DNA of 64,000 nt from NCBI RefSeq assembly GCF_009914755.1, contig NC_060942.1, one strand, 5' to 3'. A model generated the notes under the pieces. That model ran no database searches, was not told the origin of the DNA, and saw nothing but the letters and a program-made list of their open reading frames with translations. Below, piece after piece: positions 55,498-64,000 of this stretch; positions within the stretch are counted from its first letter, which is position 1, and each line of letters starts with the position of its first letter. The translations under genes and the position numbers were made by a program. This DNA comes from the human T2T-CHM13v2.0 reference genome, Homo sapiens.

Positions 55498-55942
55498 TAG
55501 AAGAAAAGATAAACTTGTTGTATATTCCCATAGTTTTAAAAATACTCAGGTATCAATAAGTATCAAATATAATGTTGATTACACAAAGCCAAGTTACAAA
55601 AATATATGTGCTAGTATTTTTGTAAAACACTGAAACACAAACAAAGCTAAGTATTCTTTATGAATTTATATACACATAAAATCACAGAAATAAAAACTGA
55701 AAAGATCCACATCCACTTTAGGAGCACATTTTAACTATAGGGAGATGGGTAAATGGAATAAAGAGTTGCAGTCTTCGGCCAGGCGTGGTGGCTCACACCT
55801 GTAATCCCAGCACTTTGGGAGGCCGAGTTGGGAGGATCAGGAGGTCAGGAGATCGAGACCATCCTGGCCAACGGGTGAAACCCCATCTCTACTAAAAACA
55901 CAAAAAATTAGCCGGGCGTGGTGGCAGGCGCCTGTAGTCTCA

Positions 55943-56053
<111 letters not shown>

Positions 56054-57719
56054 TCAAAAAAAAAAAAAAGAGTTGCAGTCTTCATCTACACCTGTAATGT
56101 ACCTTTTGTAACTTTAAAGGATTTTCAGTAATTTTTTTTAAATGTTAACTTTTGTCAAATCTGGGTGGTAGACATATGAGAGTAATGTTCATCTCTGCTA
56201 TATTCTAAATGTTTGCAATATTCCAGAATTTCAAACCGTAAGATTTTTAACATAGCAACAAGTTTCTTAGGATATTTTTTTTTTGAAGACAGACTTTCAC
56301 TCTGTCACCCAGGCTGGAGTACAGTGGCGTGATCTTGGCTCACTGCAGCCTCCGCCTCCCAGGTTCAAATGATTCTTCCACCTCAGCCTCCTGAGTAGCT
56401 GGGATTACAGGTGTGCACCACCACACCCAGCTAATTTCTTGTATTTTTAGAAGAGATGGGGTTTCACCATGCTGTCCAAGCTGGTCTCGAACTCCTGACC
56501 TCAGGTGATCCAACTGCCTCAGCCTCCCAAAAGTCCTGGGATTAAAGGCATGAGCCACCACGCCTGGCAGGATGGTTTCTTATAATGTTCCTCCAAACAG
56601 AGGGGCTGCATAAATTCAAAGTATCTTTCAGTAAAAGCAATGTTATCAAAGGTCAAAATAATGTGGTCTACATAAACATCTTCATTCAAGTACAGTTTAG
56701 TACAAAGGAATGAATTAGATTTCATATCCATCAATATACTCTCCATAAACTGCCTTCTGAGTTTTGACAGGCATTTATGCAGCAAGCAATTAGAAGACAC
56801 ACTCTCCAACTACATCTGGAGACACAATCCTGAATAAAAAGCCACTACATCTCTGCACAAAGCCACAACTTATTACTCATACTACAACTCACTACTTATT
56901 TCTAATTACTATCACTGACTGGTAAAATCTCTCTGAACAATCATCTTTTAATTGATGCTTGCATTCCTGTCTATATAGAAAATAAAATCTGAGAGTACAA
57001 TATGGTGTCTTCTCCCTTTAAGAAAAATAATAGACACTGATCTATTTTCATGGCTTCTGGAATAAAGCCCAGACTCCTAATGCACTCACATTTGCTCCTA
57101 GACAAAATGTCTCAAAAGAGAACTTTAAATCACTTGCAAAACTTTGAAATGACTTGACTTTTTTCTCTATTCATGATTACTTTTTTTGCTCAAATGATTT
57201 CTAATGTTCAGAGTATGTTGTTTTAGAAAGAATGCTGGGCTAAGAATTAGAACACCTGGATTCTAATTCTATTTGTGCCACCAAACGTGTTGCCTAAATC
57301 ACATTCCACTCCAAGTTTTCTTATTATAAAATTAAACAGTACAAATAAATCAGTTTGATCTATGTTAGAGTTCCAGGGTTCTATGCATATAAAATTTCTG
57401 CTTATTGGTTTTATATATTAGTAGTCTACATATAATTTACTTTAGAAAGAAAAGGGCTCAGCTGCTTTCATAAAATTTAAAACTACTTTCTTAGGTAATC
57501 AAAATTTATTCCAGATACAAGATTCTGGTTTTCAGTTTACTTTTCCATTTCAGAGTCTTGGCCACTACAATTTTATTCTTAGGCTGAAGACTGAATTATT
57601 TATACCTCTCAGACAGACATTCTACTTGCCAACTATTCAAAATGGCCACAAAGGTCATCTCCTTAAAAATGTTTAACTTTTAAATTATATCCAGTAGGAA
57701 AAAAGGCTGATTAGTCCTA

Positions 57720-58064
<345 letters not shown>

Positions 58065-58393
58065 CTAAGAAACGTACTTTCTATGGTTATAATTAACAGA
58101 AAATCAGTGTGTTAAATTTAAAAGAAAAGCTGGAATTCAACCGGCTTATGCTTACATAAAATAAAAATGAAGAGTAAAAATGAGGAAACAATGAGAAGCA
58201 CCCCAAGTAAATGTGAGACATCTGAAGTTCTATCACAAGACTGGGTTAATAAAACTCTCGCTAACAACTTAACAGGAGAACTTAAACAACTCTTCAATCT
58301 TTTATGACTTCATTCTTATGCTAAAATGTTATAAAGACATTTCTTACAGAAAATATTTCGGCACCTCTATTGTGCATAATAAAAACAGATTAC

Positions 58394-59923
58394 CTTATTT
58401 GATGCTGAATCAAAAGAATGTTTCATCTGATTATCCAATGGTGGGTCAGAAGGTTTTATCTCATTGGCCAAATGACAATTTTCAGGAGCCCTTTCTGTGG
58501 TTTTATTAATTTCTACTGTAATATCATTAATTTTCACTTCTTCAGAATTAATTTCTTTCATTTTTTCCTGCTGGCAAGTTATATTTCTATCATGTAGCTT
58601 TGTCCCTAAAAATGTACTTTGAGTCACTGGATGATGCATTTCTAAAGCTGGTGGTGAAAAACTGGTTCGTAATAAGCCTAATTTAGGGGAAACTTGAGAG
58701 TCCAACTTATTGTGCTGCACAGAGTTAAATTTTGAGAGTTTAATTTTAGTCCAGTTGGAGTTCTTCTTGGCTGAGCTGTTTATTCCATTTAGTATACATT
58801 TCACAGGCTTTGTTTTTCTACTTGGGAAAAAACGATTACATTGCACATCCTGATTTGTTTCCTTCTGATGAAGTATTTGTCTTTCAACACTGGTCTCTTC
58901 CAATTTTATTTCTGTGGGCTTTTCTTCCTTTACACTTTCCATTTGTGAAGATTCCTTTTTTACCTCTACATTATCTGACTCAATTTCACCAGCAATTTCT
59001 TCACAGAGCTGGAGAATACTACCTCGTTTGCTCTTTCCTGCTTGCTCCAGCTCATTATCACTTTGTTCAGGCACTGATGGCTGTGGACTTTTTGGGAGTG
59101 TTGTGTTAGTATTCACTTGTGTATGAACCGACTTCTTCATCTCATTCTTTTTCGGGACCACTGAAGTAGCCATTTTTGATCTTTTCACCTCAGAAGTTAC
59201 AGGCACAGGTTTCGTTTCGTCTCTTCTAGTAGTCTTCTGAGGACACTTTTCAGATCCTTGCGTGCATTGAGAACTACAAGCACAAGCTGTCTGATGTTCT
59301 ACCTTGCGTTTTTTCCCTTTGGGAGAATTTATTACTTCATTAATTACTAGATTTTCATCTTCTTTAGAGTCAGACTTTACTTCCAGTACTTTTCTCTTCA
59401 CATGTTTTTGACTTGTTTTATTAGATTTACTCTGAGTACTGCTACACTGCTCTTTTTTAGTTGGTGGCAAACTCTGTTTAACTGCTTGAACTTGACCCTG
59501 AATTTCTCTACTGCGTAACGACCTTCTTGAAACCTCTGTTAATTGTTGTAGCCTTAGTGATCTCCGGTTAAGCTGTTCATTTGCTTTAGGGTTTTCATGT
59601 ACTAATTTTTTCTGAGATAATTTCTTTTTTGTAGATTCTTGTGAATATCCCCTCACAGTCACCGTATTTTTATTAATGGATTTAGTAGCTTTATCATTAG
59701 ATGCTGCCTTTGATGACCTTGTACTCATGCGTGTTTCCAATTCTGGCTGATTTATTTTACTTTCACTGGAAGATTTAGCCTGTGATTTTATAGTCTCCTT
59801 TGGACCTGATTTTTTTGCTAGATTCTTTTGAGAATCCTGAATTTCTGTTTCTGAATTCTTATCGTCACTTTTTTTAGTAACTTTGGAGGAATTCTCTTTT
59901 GATTTCTCCTGAATGGACATCAT
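58394..59923 (-). CDS. ESCO1: ESCO1 first coding exon, aa 1-510 (K/S/E-rich N-terminus, including ILQLCEEIAGEIESD, which I recall lies in the reported PDS5-binding region)
   Basis: 518-aa ORF in the track, cut at the AAG|gtaatc donor at 58393; the nine exons total 840 aa, the length I recall for human ESCO1. Confidence 0.97.
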
Positions 59924-60510
59924 TCCTGAGTAATGACTTTCTTTTCTGAGTAGTTTTGAAGAGGATTTTTGTGTCCTGGTAGGCGTGAATGCTGACTAGC
60001 TAGTATTATTACTGAGGAGCAGGTCTGAAAAATCAACTTTAACTGATGCTGATATACATTTTCAACAAAAATACTAGTTTGCTTCAAGTAAGGTTTCTGT
60101 CATTCCTAGAACATGAGAAAAGCTGGCATGAATGCTAAAAGACACTTGCTTTACTTTGGACAAGGTAATAAAAATTTGAGGAAAATTTTGATTATTTTTA
60201 ATAAGTTTTTTTATCAAAAGAAATTTAATTCAGGTTCAATCTGTTTTGTTAATTTTTTAATTAATTTTGGTTTCAGGCCTAGCTCTATTACTGGAGGAGT
60301 TATTTATCAGTGACCTGTTTTGATAAAATTTTTGAAAACTTTTTTCTTCTGAAGTCTACAGTTATTGGACTTCGATTCACTTGAAACATGTCTTATGGCT
60401 AACACGTTTCTTTCCTTGTTTGCTGAGTCTGTTGGTTTGCAGTTCTTATCTAACCTCCTTTGTTCAACAAAATATTCTATTAATATAGATTTCCTTTTGT
60501 GCTGCCGTTT
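59924..60510 (-). other. ESCO1: ESCO1 5' UTR portion of the large exon (exon 58394-60510, ~2.1 kb)
   Basis: Strong acceptor ttttgttttttaatttttcag at 60511-60531; repeat-free. Confidence 0.8.
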
Positions 60511-60793
60511 CTGAAAAATTAAAAAACAAAAATAAAGTTTTGTACAATCCATGAAATATGTCAATGCTAATACTACACAGAAATAACCTTGATTTAAGGA
60601 AAATCTAACTCCTCCTTTTGAAGTATCTAGTCAGTACACTTAAGGCTAACAGAACGAAGTATCCCAAGTATATTCCTATGAATAATCAATAACTTGTCTT
60701 ACATAAGCATAGAATAGTTGAAAATCAGTGTATTCCTTGAGGTTTACTTACAGTTTTTGCCCCAAAATATAGACTCGATGTCTCAGCCACCAT
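60307..60793 (-). CDS. Putative spliced uORF, 81 aa (60793-60752 joined to 60510-60307)
   Basis: ATG in GTTATGG context; 14 codons to the donor, then 67 open codons to TGA. Confidence 0.5.
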
Positions 60794-60857
60794 AACTCAT
60801 GAAGAAAATTAGACAAAACCATTCCTTCTAATATGCTCTTAACACATCACACAGCAC
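60752..60857 (-). other. ESCO1: ESCO1 upstream 5' UTR exon (106 nt)
   Basis: Acceptor ccctttttctttcag|G and donor ACT|gtaagt, both near-consensus. Confidence 0.82.
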
Positions 60858-61639
60858 CTGAAAGAAAAAGGGTTTTTTTTAATGTTCAAAAGGACAAAGG
60901 AAAGATGTAATCATCCATTCGGCTCTCATCAAATATAACGCTCCATAATTTCATCCTGTCCTACCATTAGTCATTATTTCCTCAAAGCTCATATTACACG
61001 TACAGTATTTTAGTATTTCTAATTTGCACTCAACTATATGCAGCCAATGGACTAGTAGGCATTCATTCATGTTGTGAAAAAAAGTTTTAAAATATGAAAA
61101 ACAATTCATAATATAAGCATAAAATTGGTTAAACCAATAAAGTAAAATCCTATTTTGGGGAAAAAACAAAGCACATAGATAACTATATACATAGAAAAAG
61201 ACTGAAATACAGTTAAAGAAGGAAGATTTAAGCAAACACATTTACCTCTATTCCGATTCAAACCCTACTGGAAAAAAAAAGCAATAGAGGGACTAAAACA
61301 AAACAAGACCCAGTTGTGGTGGCTCACACCTGTAATCCTAGAAACTCCAGAGGCTGAGGCAGAAGGTTAAAGCCAAGAGTTTGTGACCAGCCTGGAGAAT
61401 ATAGCAAGATTCTGTCTCTACAAAAATTAAAAATTAGCCAGGCATTGTGGCATGCACCCACAGTCCAGGTTACTTGGGAGACTGAGACAGGAGGATTGTT
61501 TGAGCCTAGGAGTTGAAGGTTGCAGTAAGCTATAATCATGCCAGTACACTCCAACCTGGACAAAAGAGTGAGACCCATATCTAAAAATAAGTAAGTAAAT
61601 AAAAAACCAAGACAATGCCATAAACCCAAAGGATAAAGA

Positions 61640-63655
<2,016 letters not shown>

Positions 63656-63721
63656 GCCAGGTACAGTGGCATGTCTATAATCCCAGCTACTCTGGGAAGC
63701 TGAGGCAGGAGGATCACTTGA

Positions 63722-64000
<279 letters not shown>

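Noticed and set aside
58810-59126. + strand ORFs of 99 and 70 aa
   Set aside because: Antisense shadows of the ESCO1 large exon with no independent signals
59924-59995. Non-AUG N-terminal extension of ESCO1 from the in-frame ACG
   Set aside because: Poor Kozak context (TTCACGC) and an in-frame TAG at 59998-59996; kept only as part of the alternative-acceptor hypothesis
60511-60564. Start of track ORF 60307-60564 (MTYFMDCTKLYFCFLIFQ)
   Set aside because: It lies in the intron's polypyrimidine tract; the plausible start is the spliced ATG at 60793

Overview
This is human-type (primate, Alu-rich) genomic DNA containing two convergent protein-coding genes, recognised from their translated exons; I recall the pair lying at 18q11. 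On the + strand are the last five coding exons of GREB1L (477-7896) and its long AU-rich 3' UTR. On the - strand is the complete ESCO1 (cohesin SMC3 acetyltransferase) coding sequence: nine coding exons from ATG 59923 to TAA 15436 sum to 2523 nt (840 aa plus stop), with canonical GT-AG junctions and consistent phases, plus one upstream leader exon (60752-60857). Introns carry dozens of Alus, L1/L2/MIR fragments, THE1 and MST LTRs, and DNA transposons (Tigger2a, MER20, MER58, MER3, MER33, and a piggyBac MITE MER85). The best leads are: (i) an ESCO1 5' leader with at least 9 uAUGs that, once spliced, encodes an 81-aa basic uORF whose start the ORF track misses, with internal acceptors that could rewire uORF frames; (ii) a frameshifting candidate poison exon between the zinc finger and the acetyltransferase domain; (iii) a near-intact MER85; (iv) a PBX-HOX/MEIS motif cluster in an Alu-free intronic island; (v) several local duplications and hairpins. 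Repeat family names come from remembered consensus sequences, not from a search.
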